Part shown: positions 37,180 through 50,099 of the stretch, in pieces
Numbering within the stretch: the first letter of the stretch is position 1
How the letters are laid out: each line of letters starts with the position of its first letter
Source: Nemertoderma westbladi
Taxonomy: Eukaryota; Animalia; Xenacoelomorpha
Assembly (NCBI GenBank): GCA_032718475.1
Contig: JAUCBJ010003176.1
Span: 1 to 64,000, forward strand
DNA: 64,000 nt
Direction: 5' to 3'
Made by a program: the position numbers and the translations under genes
The notes under the pieces: model-generated
What the model was told of the DNA's origin: nothing
Seen by the model: the letters and a program-made list of their open reading frames with translations, nothing else
The model's database searches: none

Positions 37180-38580
37180 TCTCTGGATATGGATTGTTTT
37201 CGGCTGGAACCCAGTTCAAGAAGCGAACTGGAAAGCTATGGACTCATAGTGGACCCAGTGGTCACAAGTCCCAGATAGACCATATTCTCTTTCGTAGGAA
37301 ATACAGGAGCTCTATACGAGACTGTAATGCATTTACACTTCGACCCTTCTCCAGTGATCACCGCCTTATTGTGGCCAAGGTGAGACTTAGTCTGCGTGCT
37401 AGCAGAACAACGAAATCTGCCTTGCCGCGGCATGACTGGTCCTCTCTGTTGCAACAGCCACGCGTGAGATCCAGCTTCACACTACAGCTGAGCAACAGGA
37501 GGTATGAGGTTCTTGCCTCTGAGACAACAGTTCACTGCGAGGGCTATACTGCCTTGGAAGAAGCAGTTAACTTTGCAGCTGCAGAAACAGTTCCTGTATA
37601 CTCTCGAAACAAAGGACCCTGGACGGACCACAAAATTCGGAAGTGCCAAAATGACCTCTATAAGGCGGAGAAAGAGTCCCGACTCAAACAGACTACAGCG
37701 GCCAAGAATGCAGATAAGGCTGCATCTAGTTGCTACTCTGTTATTCTACAGGAGCTAATAAACCATCAGGGTTAAGGCAGAATCACCTTGAATCACTTTG
37801 AAAAGCTCCTCAATAATGACAGGGTATTGCCTGATAACTTTATAGAAGTAAAGGTGTCTGAGTCTGTACTCCCAGATATTCCCATTGGCGATATCTCCTT
37901 TGCAGAAGTGAAGGCTGCTGCAAAGAGCATTAAGACCAATCGTGCCAGTGGAGTAGATGGTGTTCCCTCTGAGGTCTTTAAAATACCTGAGTGTTTGAAG
38001 CTCATTTATCCCATCATAGTAGACATGTACAGAACAACAAGAGTCCCACAAGAAATGAAAACAAATAAGTTGGTGCCAGTTCCCAAGAAGGGCAACCTAA
38101 CACTCTATGGTTCTTTTCGGGGCAATCTCATTGATTTCGATTGCTGCAAAGCTATACAATATAATTGTATTAAATCGCATCAGGGATCCCATTGGGCTCC
38201 GTGGAAATCAGAATGGGTTCCGTAAAGGTCGTGGGACCATGGAGCCCATTTTGGCACTTCGAAGGATAATTGAAGAGTTATCATAAATGAAAGACTGGCA
38301 TCTGGCAGCTGGCTGTTATCTTTGCTGACTTCTTCAAGGCCTTTGATTCACTATGTTCTACGCATGTCCTTTGATCATCATAATGATGATGGGGTGATGG
38401 TAACACACCTACTGGCTCCAGAAGACGAGGAAATCATGGAGTGAATAAGCATGGTGGGCAGCCCATGACTTTCTTTGAGACGCATCTTAAAGGACACTGG
38501 CCTTGAAGATGCGGATAATCTAGCAAATGTCATGGGTGATAGGGAGTTGTGGCGGCGCACTTTTGTCGACAAGCCGGCAC
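37180..38580 (+). mobile_element. Degenerate RTE-like non-LTR retrotransposon fragment
   Basis: APE endonuclease end (SQIDHIL...SSDHRLIVAKVRL) and RT motifs (ASGVDGVPSEVFK, LVPVPKKGNL, NQNGFRKGRGT, DFFKAFDS) with frameshifts and deletions. Confidence 0.88.
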
Positions 38581-38763
38581 AGCATTCTTAATATATATGT
38601 AATATATATATATATATATAATGCAGCTGCAATGCAGCATGCCGATCGTAGTAGTAGTAGTTTAATTAAACAGTCGAATGATTTCAGGGAGTTAATAAAA
38701 CGATTGTATATTTACCATTTTTATACAATAATAAATCGGATATCTATTTATTATTCTTTCCAG

Positions 38764-38865
38764 AACTATCGTCGCTTTGGTTTACAACGTCCTTAAATCG
38801 TTTATGGAGATGAACAGTAAATTATTCGACGAACTCACATCTAATTACAAGGCTGAACGCCAAAA
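38764..38865 (+). CDS. PPP2R5: PP2A B56 exon G
   Basis: ttctttccag|A...CAAAA|gtgagt, 102 nt. [33 protein letters not shown](K); EHWN.TIVAL marks the alpha/beta/epsilon type. Confidence 0.97.
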
Positions 38866-39541
38866 GTGAGTATTTTATTGAACGGAGGGGAGGGGGGGGG
38901 GGGGGGGGTGGGGGTCATGTATAAATTTATATAATTAATTAGAGTCCGTTAAACTTAAGTTAGTCCGTTACTACATTCATCTATCAATAATATATCCGAC
39001 ATCCAATATACGTTTGTTTGGGGCCTATCCAGTTGGTTATAATACATTGTTATATTAGTTTCTAAGTAAATATAATATTCCGATCTTTGTAGTTGTAAAT
39101 CATGTATCTATTTGAACTCAGTAGAAAATAATGTGTAATGCACCATTTGTAAAGTTCACTATCACAATATTGAATATAGAGTTTACGTTGTTATATTAAA
39201 GAAAAACAATTTTTTCTATTTTGGAACTTCCAGTTGGGGAAAATCCATAATATGGGGGGGGGGGGGGAGCGTTTCACTTCAATAGTTTCAGTAATAATAA
39301 TAATGATTTTAATTATTATTCTTATATTTTTATATATAATAGGTAATAGTAAATTAGTAATATTAATATAATATATATATAAAATATATTATTATTATAT
39401 ATGTATTTTGTATGAATATTTATTTCGTTGATATATTGAAACGTGATATAAAGTTGCTTTATACTCTGTGTAGTGCGTTTTAAATTTATGATTATATACT
39501 GCTCTAGTCGTTTAATGAATTAATTAATTCTGTTTTTTAAG

Positions 39542-39665
39542 AGAAAAAAAGAAAGAGAGAGAAAGAGAGGAGCTTTGGAAGCGTTTAGAAAAACTCGAAG
39601 TGCAGCAAACTAATCAGTTAGCGAAACCGCGCCAATCAGGTTACAGAGCTATAGCCGCCCAATAG
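39542..39665 (+). CDS. PPP2R5: PP2A B56 terminal exon H
   Basis: tgttttttaag|A. EKKKEREREELWKRLEKLEVQQTNQLAKPRQSGYRAIAAQ*; AATAAA at 39667-39672. Confidence 0.92.
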
Positions 39666-40916
39666 TAATAAAGGTTATCCAGCAACCAATCAGCGGAGTG
39701 CTCCTCTCCAACTATTCGATTAGTCGAGGGTTTGCCTAACTGTTGCTCACCAGTTGTTATTGGTTGGTTCTCGGGAGGTTGCATAGCAACATATCGTTGT
39801 TATAAGGAGACCCTCCCATCGAAATATTATTAGACTATAGATAAATAGGTATTTATATGTAGGGCACTGTTAACTTGTTTGCCCTAGAAATATTTGTAGT
39901 TAACTTGCTTAACTGCAGCTTAATATGGTAGACTTTCACTAATTTGTCGAGTGTTGGTTATTTTAGATGTACAGTGAGGTTTAGTGCATTTTACTTTGTA
40001 GATTACAGAGTGAACTTTTTAAATTATCGTACATATATTTTTTATAAAGTGTGCTCATTTATATATTAATTGTATTCTCTAGGGGTCTATTTCGTGATTT
40101 TTTGAATAAGGATTTTCTGAGTTCTCATTAAGTTAACTATTACGTTTATTGTGTTGTGGTTTACATTGGTTAGCAGTTTATAAACACAACTAATTCGAAA
40201 TGATGTTATTTTAATGTAAAAGAAACTGTTAGCTTTTTAGGTAAATGTTAATATCGTCTGAATTCTTAATATTTAATAGCCTTAATCTGGCCGATGTTAG
40301 TTCGTATTGGAGTAGTTTGGATTACATTGTTGTAGTTACAGGTATTACTGCTTTAATTTAATTAGAATATTTATTATTACAGACTTACTCATTTAGTAGA
40401 AGGCGTCTTTACTAGTGCCACTAGGAATGGTACGTGTACACAGGTTATTGGCAGTCATCCGTTACCCAGGGAACATAAGTATATGGAACTGTTGCTTAGC
40501 AACACTTGTCCCGAGGTAAATTTAGTTATTCGTTTGAGCTAATATAGTATTTATTTGTACTATTTGGATAGGCATTATAATTTAGGGCTAATATTGTGAA
40601 GCAGCTTTTATTTAGTGTTAATTATTTATTAAAGTATCAAATTGTTCATTTTACTTTAACAAATTTCCTAATTATTTATTAAGTATTCCAACTGAATTGT
40701 CTTCATAATTAATTATTGTAGGATTTGTGGTTCGAAACAATCAACATTTTGTGTTTCTTAATCACCTTCTGTGACTGACGTCATAAAATATTTTGTAGGT
40801 CTATCAGCTGTTTCCCAGATATTCCAATGGGATTCCTGTAACCACTTGCCCATTTAGCCCTCCGTTTATTAAATATAATAAACAGTTGATTTTAACTTCG
40901 TACTGCAGTAGTTCAA

Positions 40917-43850
40917 CGCGTACCGCAATAGTTTTACTATCGCGTACCGCAATAGTTTTACTATCGCGTACCTCAATAGTTTTACTATCGCGTACCGCAA
41001 TAGTTTTACTATCGCATACCGCAATAGTTTTACTATCGTGTACCGCAATAGTTTTACTATCGTGTACCGCAATAGTTTTACTATCGCGTACCTCAATAGT
41101 TTTACTATCGCGTACCGCAATAGTTTTACTATCGCGTACCTCAATAGTTTTACTATCGCGTACCTCAATAGTTTTACTATCGCGTACCGCAATTGTTTTA
41201 CTATCGCGTACCGCAATAGTTTTACTATCGTGTACCTCAATAGTTTTACTATCGCATACCGCAATAGTTTTACTATCGCGTACCGCAATAGTTTTACTAT
41301 CGCGTACTTCAATAGTTTTACTATCGCGTACCGCAATAGTTTTACTATCGCATACCGCAATAGTTTTACTATCGTGTACCGCAATAGTTTTACTATCGCG
41401 TACCGCAATAGTTTTACTATCGCGTACCTCAATAGTTTTACTATCGCGTACCGCAATAGTTTTACTATCGCGTACCGCAATAGTTTTACTATCGCGTACC
41501 GCAATAGTTTTACTATCGCGTACCGCAATAGTTGTACTATCGCGTACCGCAAATAGTTTTACTATCGCGTACCGCAATAGTTTTACTATCGCGTACCGCA
41601 ATAGTTTTACTATCGCGTACCGCAATAGTTTTACTATCGCGTACCGCACTAATTTTACTATCGCGTACCGCAATAGTTTTACTATCGCGTACCGCAATAG
41701 TTTTACTATCGCGTACCGCAATAGTTTTACTATCGCGTACCGCAATAGTTTTACTATCGCGTACCGCAATAGTTTTACTATCGCGTACCGCAATAGTTTT
41801 ACTATCGCGTACCGCAATAGTTTTACTATCGCGTACCGCAATAGTTTTACTATCGCGTACCGCAATAGTTTTACTATCGCGTACCGCAATAGTTTTACTA
41901 TCGCATACCGCAATAGTTTTACTATTGCGTACCGAGCGTACCGCACTAATTTTACTATCGCGTACCGCAATAGTTTTACTATCGCGTACCGCAATAGTTT
42001 TACTATCGCGTACCGCAATAGTTTTACTATCGCGTACTTCACTAGTTTTACTATCGAGTACCGCAATAGTTTTACTATCGCGTACTTCACTAGTTTTACT
42101 ATCGCGTACCGCAATAGTTTTACTATCGTGTACCGCAATAGTTTTACTATCGCGTACCGCAATAGTTTTACTATCGCGTACCGCAATAGTTTTACTATCG
42201 CGTACCGCAATAGTTTTACTATCGCGTACCGCAATAGTTTTACTATCGCGTACCGCAATAGTTTTACTATCGCGTACCGCAATAGTTTTACTATCGCGTA
42301 CCGCAATAGTTTTACTATCGCGTACCGCAATAGTTTTACTATCGCGTACCGCAATAGTTTTACTATCGCGTACCGCAATAGTTTTACTATCGCGTACCGC
42401 ACTAATTTTACTATCGCGTACCGCAATAGTTTTACTATCGCGTACCGCAATAGTTTTACTATCGCGTACCGCAATAGTTTTACTATCGCGTACCGCAATA
42501 GTTTTACTATCGCGTACCGCAATAGTTTTACTATCGCGTACCGCAATAGTTTTACTATCGCGTACCGCAATAGTTTTACTATCGCGTACCGCAATAGTTT
42601 TACTATCGCGTACCGCAATAGTTTTACTATCGCGTACCGCAATAGTTTTACTATCGCGTACCGCAATAGTTTTACTATCGCGTACCGCAATAGTTTTACT
42701 ATCGCGTACCGCAATAGTTTTACTATCGCGTACCGCAATAGTTTTACTATCGCGTACCGCAATAGTTTTACTATCGCGTACCGCAATAGTTTTACTATCG
42801 CGTACCGCAATAGTTTTACTATCGCGTACCGCAATAGTTTTACTATCGCGTACCGCAATAGTTTTACTATCGCGTACCGCAATAGTTTTACTATCGCGTA
42901 CCGCAATAGTTTTACTATCGCGTACCGCAATAGTTTTACTATCGCGTACCGCAATAGTTTTACTATCGCGTACCGCAATAGTTTTACTATCGCGTACCGC
43001 AATAGTTTTACTATCGCGTACCGCAATAGTTTTACTATCGCGTACCGCAATAGTTTTACTATCGCGTACCGCAATAGTTTTACTATCGCGTACCGCAATA
43101 GTTTTACTATCGCGTACCGCAATAGTTTTACTAACGCGTACCGCAATAGTTTTACTAACGCGTACCGCAATAGTTTTACTATCGCGTACCGCAATAGTTT
43201 TACTATCGCGTACCGCAATAGTTTTACTATCGCGTACCGCAATAGTTTTACTATCGCGTACCGCACTAGTTTTACTATCGCGTACCGCAATAGTTTTACT
43301 ATCGCGTACCGCAATAGTTTTACTACCGCGTACCGCAATAGTTTTACTATCGCGTACCGCAATAGTTTTACTATCGCGTACCGCAATAGTTTTACTATCG
43401 CGTACCGCAATAGTTTTACTATCGCGTACCGCAATAGTTTTACTACCGCGTACCGCAATAGTTTTACTACCGCGTACCGCAATAGTTTTACTATCGCGTA
43501 CCGCAATAGTTTTACTATCGCGTACCGCAATAGTTTTACTACCGCGTACCGCAATAGTTTTACTATCGCGTACCGCAATAGTTTTACTACCGCGTACCGC
43601 AATAGTTTTACTATCGCGTACCGCAATAGTTTTACTATCGCGTACCGCAATAGTTTTACTATCGCGTACCGCAATAGTATTTCAAACGCGTACAGCAATA
43701 GTTTTACTATCGCGTACCGCAATAGTTTTACTACCGCGTACCGCAATAGTTTTACTATCGCGTACCGCAATAGAATTACAAACGCGTACCGCACTAATTT
43801 TACTATCGCGTATCGCAATAGTTTTACTATCGCGTACCGCAATAGTTTTA
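40917..43850. repeat. 24-bp satellite between the convergent B56 and LRR genes
   Basis: Unit CGCGTACCGCAATAGTTTTACTAT, about 120 copies, with internal hairpin ATAGT-TTT-ACTAT. Confidence 0.98.
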
Positions 43851-45576
43851 ATACCTTAGTGCTCAATAAACTAACTTATTGGTGCATTTATTTGTGTTGT
43901 TGGTTGTGCGATTCGTATCAATTGGTTTAGTATAGAAACCTGGATTTAATGCATCAGATAATGTCGCCCATTACTGTGCAGTTTGTGTTAGTTTTCCCCG
44001 TTGCTAGGTAACTAGGGTAACAACACTTGCTATATGTTGTCTGATACATTTTTTCACGGTTTAGTTTTTGACATTTGAGGGATATAGTTTATTTTACTGT
44101 TACTAAATTACTTATTTTTGACCTCGAATGTGATTATTTATATCAAGGTTTATTAGAAGTGGTTTGTGTATGTTGTAGTGTGGGTAGTATCGTTATAGTG
44201 TGGAAAATATCAGTGTAGTGTGAACTATATCAGTGTAGTGTGAACTATATCAGTGTAAGTAGTGCGGATATCATTGTTTATCAGTATTTTATCAGCGTTG
44301 CTATTCATCAATTTATTATTTACATTGGATTATTTGCTGTATATAATTGCTGATATACAATTAATAATATTAAACTCATTTTGTTGATAAATAATTAAGG
44401 GGCGAGGCATGGAGTTAGATATGAGCCTAGCCTAAGATCTACTTGAAAGTGGATCACTTGTATACAAACGATTTTATACGGCTGATTTAGGCCAATTTTG
44501 TTTCTTTTTCGATTTGCAAATAAGTTTAATAGCAATTCAAAGTAGCCAATCACAGCGTCAGTGTAGCTTTAAATCTTTTCTAGGATATGCAAATCGGTTT
44601 TTACAAATACGAGTGACGAATAGCTTGAAATATTTTTAAGCCAATCAAATAACTCAAGGTTGCCTCGTGCTGGTAGCGTAGTGGAGGGGAATTCAAATTT
44701 AACAATTCACTACAAACAGAACCCAAACATATTAATATTATTTTCTTATTGAAATAATAACAACTAATAAGCTACATGGATACACCACGACCCTTAATGT
44801 AGGAACGTTCTTGTAACATTTTGTTTATGTATACGCTTTGGTATTATTTTAAATGATATGTAAAAACCGATACTAATGTGAAGAATAGCTGTGATGCGAT
44901 TTCGCAAGACTTTTTTATAAAACACTTTTTAAAGGCAAAATCGAAAATTCCGGCTTCAATTCAACGGCGAATTGAACTAGTTTTGTGTTTCAAATTTCAG
45001 GCAATGTGATGAAAATTGTTTGTTTGTGTGTGTGTGGGGGGGGGGGGGGGGGGGGGGGTGGTCCGTGTCATCAGAAAATTATCTCTATTACGGGTCATGG
45101 TGTACCTATACCTACACAATTTAATTAATCATGTTAATATAATTCATTTAATCACAAATATTAATTTATGTACAGTACAAATATTGTTTTATTTGATTAA
45201 AATGACAACTAATAATAAGTTCTATCTTGTCTCAATGGTATTTGAGTTAGAAATGTTACTTTGTAAGAATTAATCTAATAGGGCGGGGCCTAAAGAGTTT
45301 ATTTAAGATAGGCAAATCAAATAAAACCAATCAAACATTAGGTAAATCACATCAATCAGCTTGTAAAAAAATGCATAAGAAGTTTGTCGACAATAAATTG
45401 AACGCTGTGGTTATAGGTATATGAATATAAGAGTGATGATATCATTGATTTTGGCTAGTCGTATAAGAAGTAAGCCCAGCTTTGTGAGTGGTCAATCTGC
45501 AGTTTGAAAATAAGAGTTACATAGTAACACAAACTTTTAGATACGTTTTTAAAATCCAATAGTGTCTACTGCACCG

Positions 45577-48216
45577 TCAAGGTCCCTGAGGTTTAGGACT
45601 TAATTCTTCATGGAACAACTCACAGTAATCCTCAGTGTCTTTGAACAGAGCCACTTGGGTGTTGGAGTTGCACGGCTGTTTCTTGAAGGAACACACGTTG
45701 AGATGGGATCCGGCGATGGCCGTATAAATATAGAAAACGTCCTGGAATTTGGGGTTCATTGTGCGGCTCTCCCATTTCGAAGAGTCGCTGTCTTCCAAAT
45801 GCAGTACGCCCTCATCGGTGTGGATGGTATACACGTCGCTGAGTCCGAAATGGGTTGGTTGCACGTCGCTGGAGGCCTCGCAATGTCTGTCGGAGTTTGG
45901 GAGACGTTTAGTGTGAGAGTTCGATATGGAGACCAGACAGGTGACCCCAGCGTCTGTTTTTATGGTAGCGCACATATCATCTTTAGCTGCTATATTGGTG
46001 GTACTAGTAGATTCAACTGTAACACAAATATGGTACTTCTGGTTTGGTTGATATTTCGCATTAAAGTCAGCGATACGATATAAATAATGGTTCCTCTTCT
46101 CCGAAGCTTCAAACTTAACAACAGTTGGTTTTTCCAGAGTAGCGAAGTGGTGCAATGTAAAACGCTTTCCTTCTAAATCTTTGTCATTATTCGCTTTGAA
46201 GCTCAGAAAGTTGCCATGGAAACTGATAACTTTAATTGGGACAAATTGTGACTCTTTAACTTGTAGGCCTAACTGTATTGTTGACTGAACGCTCGAGGAC
46301 TTAGCTCCCTTAGTAAGTCCCAGCAATGTTTCCGAATACGTAATGTTGTAGGAATACTCACCAGAATCTACTGGGAACTGCGGTTCAATATAAAGTACGT
46401 CTCGCGTTTCATTACGAACTTTAATACGTCGACGTCTCTGACTTGGGATGGATGTATCGTTTACAATGACGCCGGATGGTAAAGTGAAGTTAAACTCTTG
46501 GGGAACCGGTAATTGAGGATATCGGGTCGCTGTAATTTCCATTCGCTTAGACTTGGAGGAATCGGGTTCGATGTGATTGTGAGACGCTGTTATTTTATTA
46601 ATTTTAGGTAAAGTGCATATCGCCTCCAGACCCCGGGACTCCTTCGTCTTGAACTTGTATTTAACAAATTCGTCGATTTGATGGACGAGAATTCCTTTTA
46701 GTTCCGGGGGTTCAGAACAGCGAGCCTTCAGAGCTAAGGATTTTTTCACAAACTTTTTGTATGCCGGGTAAAAGTTGCAGTCGCAGGTCAATGCATTGTT
46801 GAATAATGTAAGAATGTAAATGTGTTTTAATACTTCTTCTGTTAAAAGTTTTTCTATGTTAACAGATGTTATTTTATTATTATTAAGATACAGCTCTGTA
46901 AGGGTTTCACCTTTAAATGCATTATCATCTATTGTGCTGATCTCATTGTGGCTGAGATCTAGGATCTTTAGGTTAGGGTAACCGTGAAACTGTTTTGGAT
47001 GTACCTTCTTTATTAAATTGTGAGCCAAATGAAGGAACCTCAGCTCGGGATACGATGACGTGGTTGGTGCGTTTAAACTGATCTTATTTTTTGTGCAGTT
47101 GAGGCTGCGGAGATTATCTAATTTAACTGAACTATCAAGATAACTCGTCAACTCGTTATTAGAGAAATCCAGAACCGTTAGTTGTGGATTAGTTTTCATA
47201 AACGCTACTGGTAGAGATTTCATACCAGCACTATTGTAACTTACAGTCCATATTTGATGGGAAGCTGTAGTCTTCAAAAAATCGCCTTCACTTTGTAAGC
47301 CGTTCAAACGATAAGTTTTAATCTGAGCGCCAAAATTTTCATTCATCTTTTCTGATACTTTATAAGCCGTCCAGGACAGATCTACAATATTGAGCTTGGG
47401 GAGATCACCCGTGGCTTTACCAATAGCTCCATGGATAACTGACGAATCTAACTTTTTATTTCCCCTTAGAACGATATCTCGAATACCTTTAGTGTAATCA
47501 TCACGTGGATCCCTCAAACAATTACTTTCCAGCTCCTCAATCTCCATAAATGGAAGATTCAATTCTATAACAGGCATCATTGAGGTCGTGTGATCCTTTG
47601 TAAGTCGTCGTTTATCTTTTGCCAATGTGTTGTAACCAGCTTTTAGAACCAATTTACCAGCGTTTCCAGATTTGTGTTTGTAGCCCTTAAATCCACGAGA
47701 TATCTGATAGAAGTCATTGATTTGGTTGTGATCTAAATACAGGATAAACAGCCTAGGGGTGGCAGGAGTGAAGGAACCCGGTTCAATAGAGTGAATGGAA
47801 TTACCTGTCAGGTGCAGAAAATATAACTTCGGCATGGAAGTAAACCAAGTCGATTTAACTTTAGAAATCGTGTTGTACGAGAGATCCAATTCTTCTAAAT
47901 TCTGTAGACTAGAAGCGGCTAAAGTGGGATTGAATTCTTTTAAAGAACTCCGAGTGATTTTGAGCACAATGAGAGTATTCTTTCCAACGGTTTCGTCGTC
48001 AGATAGATGCGTTATAACGGTGTTGGTGAGTTTGATGACTATAACAGTGTCACTTAAACCCAACGGGAACTCAGCAATATGTCTTCCCTCTTGCCCATCG
48101 CATTCAACCATATCAGTTATACAGGTGTCCTTGCAGAATCGACTTAAACAGGTGTACGTAGCATCCACAGATATAAGTAGGCAATAAGCCAGCAGTGTAT
48201 GCAGTATTTTTGACAT
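45577..48216 (-). CDS. Intronless predicted secreted leucine-rich-repeat protein (signal peptide, LRRNT, LRRs, LRRCT, Ig-like, FN3-like, Cys-containing C-terminal domain), 879 aa
   Basis: ATG at 48216: MSKILHTLLAYCLLISVDA signal peptide; LRRs such as LEELDLSYNTI and LKILDLSHNEI; LRRCT NNALTCDC...CSEPPELKG; DSGEY Ig-like motif; YQPNQKYHICV FN3-like motif; no transmembrane helix. TATAAA (minus) near 48292-48297 and AATAAA (minus) at 45298-45303. Confidence 0.9.
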   Translation of the reverse strand: MSKILHTLLAYCLLISVDATYTCLSRFCKDTCITDMVECDGQEGRHIAEFPLGLSDTVIVIKLTNTVITHLSDDETVGKNTLIVLKITRSSLKEFNPTLAASSLQNLEELDLSYNTISKVKSTWFTSMPKLYFLHLTGNSIHSIEPGSFTPATPRLFILYLDHNQINDFYQISRGFKGYKHKSGNAGKLVLKAGYNTLAKDKRRLTKDHTTSMMPVIELNLPFMEIEELESNCLRDPRDDYTKGIRDIVLRGNKKLDSSVIHGAIGKATGDLPKLNIVDLSWTAYKVSEKMNENFGAQIKTYRLNGLQSEGDFLKTTASHQIWTVSYNSAGMKSLPVAFMKTNPQLTVLDFSNNELTSYLDSSVKLDNLRSLNCTKNKISLNAPTTSSYPELRFLHLAHNLIKKVHPKQFHGYPNLKILDLSHNEISTIDDNAFKGETLTELYLNNNKITSVNIEKLLTEEVLKHIYILTLFNNALTCDCNFYPAYKKFVKKSLALKARCSEPPELKGILVHQIDEFVKYKFKTKESRGLEAICTLPKINKITASHNHIEPDSSKSKRMEITATRYPQLPVPQEFNFTLPSGVIVNDTSIPSQRRRRIKVRNETRDVLYIEPQFPVDSGEYSYNITYSETLLGLTKGAKSSSVQSTIQLGLQVKESQFVPIKVISFHGNFLSFKANNDKDLEGKRFTLHHFATLEKPTVVKFEASEKRNHYLYRIADFNAKYQPNQKYHICVTVESTSTTNIAAKDDMCATIKTDAGVTCLVSISNSHTKRLPNSDRHCEASSDVQPTHFGLSDVYTIHTDEGVLHLEDSDSSKWESRTMNPKFQDVFYIYTAIAGSHLNVCSFKKQPCNSNTQVALFKDTEDYCELFHEELSPKPQGP

Positions 48217-50099
48217 TATAAACTTCAAAGGTTATATAGGCCGACACCATATAGATAATCGAACTTTCGAAATATATTTACAGTTTAGGTATTTATAGTG
48301 GTTAGGTCCTGGCGTATTAATTAGGTCCTATCTAGCAGCTATTTTTAACATAACAATAAATGAAAATAAAAACATAAGTTATTGCAATTTAAATTTTGAT
48401 CCTGATGTCTAAGTGTAACCGTAGCGGTAATTCAACAAAATTAAATGTATCGATCCGGCCTTTAGGCTCATAATGCGCGAGGACCTAAAGCTACATTACA
48501 CTTACACCTTACATTATACATTGCCCGTAAGGGAAACAGGGACACCACTTCAAGCATTAGTATAGTCATAGTCTAGGTAGCAAATTTTTTATAATATGGT
48601 TTCTAAAGTTGTCTTTGTGTGCTTCATGTATTGTATTGTACTTTATTAAAGTTCTCGAACATTTTTCAGATATTTTTTATGGAATATCATTATATTCCAG
48701 TAGCACATCATTTATTATGTTAGATGGATGGTACTGGTCTGGTAGTACAGTACGTGTGGACTAATTCCCTTACAAATGGCTACCGGTAATAGGACAGCGG
48801 TAGGGCCAGGGGTGAAAATCCCCGAATAATCTACTGCAGCAAAGAATCTTTGTAAAACTGAATTTATCAAGAAGGACTACCGGTACAGCACTAAAATTCT
48901 AAAAGCCGAATATAAATTACGTTGAACATTATAATGCTAGAGCAACCAAAAGTCAAAAACCTAATTTATTCAATTCAAACAATGGAATGTTCATGAATGT
49001 TTATATGTGTTGTCACGGAAACGCCATGAAGCTTCTGTAGGGAATTTTTTGTGTCAGTGCATGTAAATAACTTGCTCCACGTAGAGGACCGTTTTAGCAT
49101 CGAATTTGTGGGGATGGAGGGGCTGGGCTGATAATTTATTGAGTGTAACGTAAACAATTCCAATAATTACCAGTTATGAGTAGGGCCTTAGGGCCTACTG
49201 CTTAGCATGCTTCAACGCGGTTTGGTGGTATCTGGTTCTACCAAATCTGGTACGTGAAATAACCTGGGCTATACGGGTAGCTTACATAGCTCTAGTATTC
49301 ATAAAGTGCTAAATATTCATAATCATTTAACTATATTTATTGTTACCTTATTGAGTTATTTTGCCGGTTAATTAACCCGCAGACAGGTGTTGGTGCCCGC
49401 GGGTTAAAATACCCGGGAAATGAACTCAACAATAGGCGAAGATGTTATACCGCTCCAGGGTAAAATCGACGCAAATAGGAATAGCATCTGATCACTCCCA
49501 AAAATACAACTGTAACCTGTAAAACTATTGATTTTCATTTATTACTTTGGTTAGAATAATGTGCCATTGTAACATATTAACAATAATTTAACATTGAGTC
49601 GACATATTAATTCACCGAGATGAGATCTGCGTCCAATTCCACTCCCCCACCCCCCCCCCCCCGTTTCTCTACAGGTATCGATATTTCCTGAATAATTTAT
49701 CTGGCCGTTGCGTTGGGTGGTCGAGGGTGCGTTTGGGGTGGGAGGGGGGGGGGGGGGGGGGGGACTTAAAAGTCGCGGTCCTGCTAAACTCCCCAAAGAA
49801 CCCAAAAAAACCCCAAAAACCCAAGAGAATCCAATAGTACCCAAAAATATAACCCAAAAGAACCAAATACTGTAGACGTGTATAATGCAATTGGTTATGC
49901 CAGATTTGTTCAACTCGACTGATTCAATAATCCCATAGCAACAAACCACGTGGTTTGGAGAGATATGAGATATTAATTTCAAGAAAATTACGCGATTCCT
50001 AAATTTGTACACTACCCGGTTAAAAAGTACGCATGTGATGGGATTAGTCCTACAATGGCGCCAATAAAAGATACGTTATTTTCTCTCAACATCTCAATA

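Noticed and set aside
40804-43930. 1000-aa ORFs on both strands (KLLRYAIV, NSFTIAYR repeats)
   Set aside because: A 24-bp unit is a multiple of 3 and stop-free in several frames; there is no domain and no synonymous-site pattern.
1634-49764. Scattered poly-G/poly-C runs (about 1634, 4574, 38891, 39253, 45035, 49745) as G-quadruplex regulatory elements
   Set aside because: They are simple homopolymers of uncertain length, some inside repeats, and nothing in the sequence supports a function.
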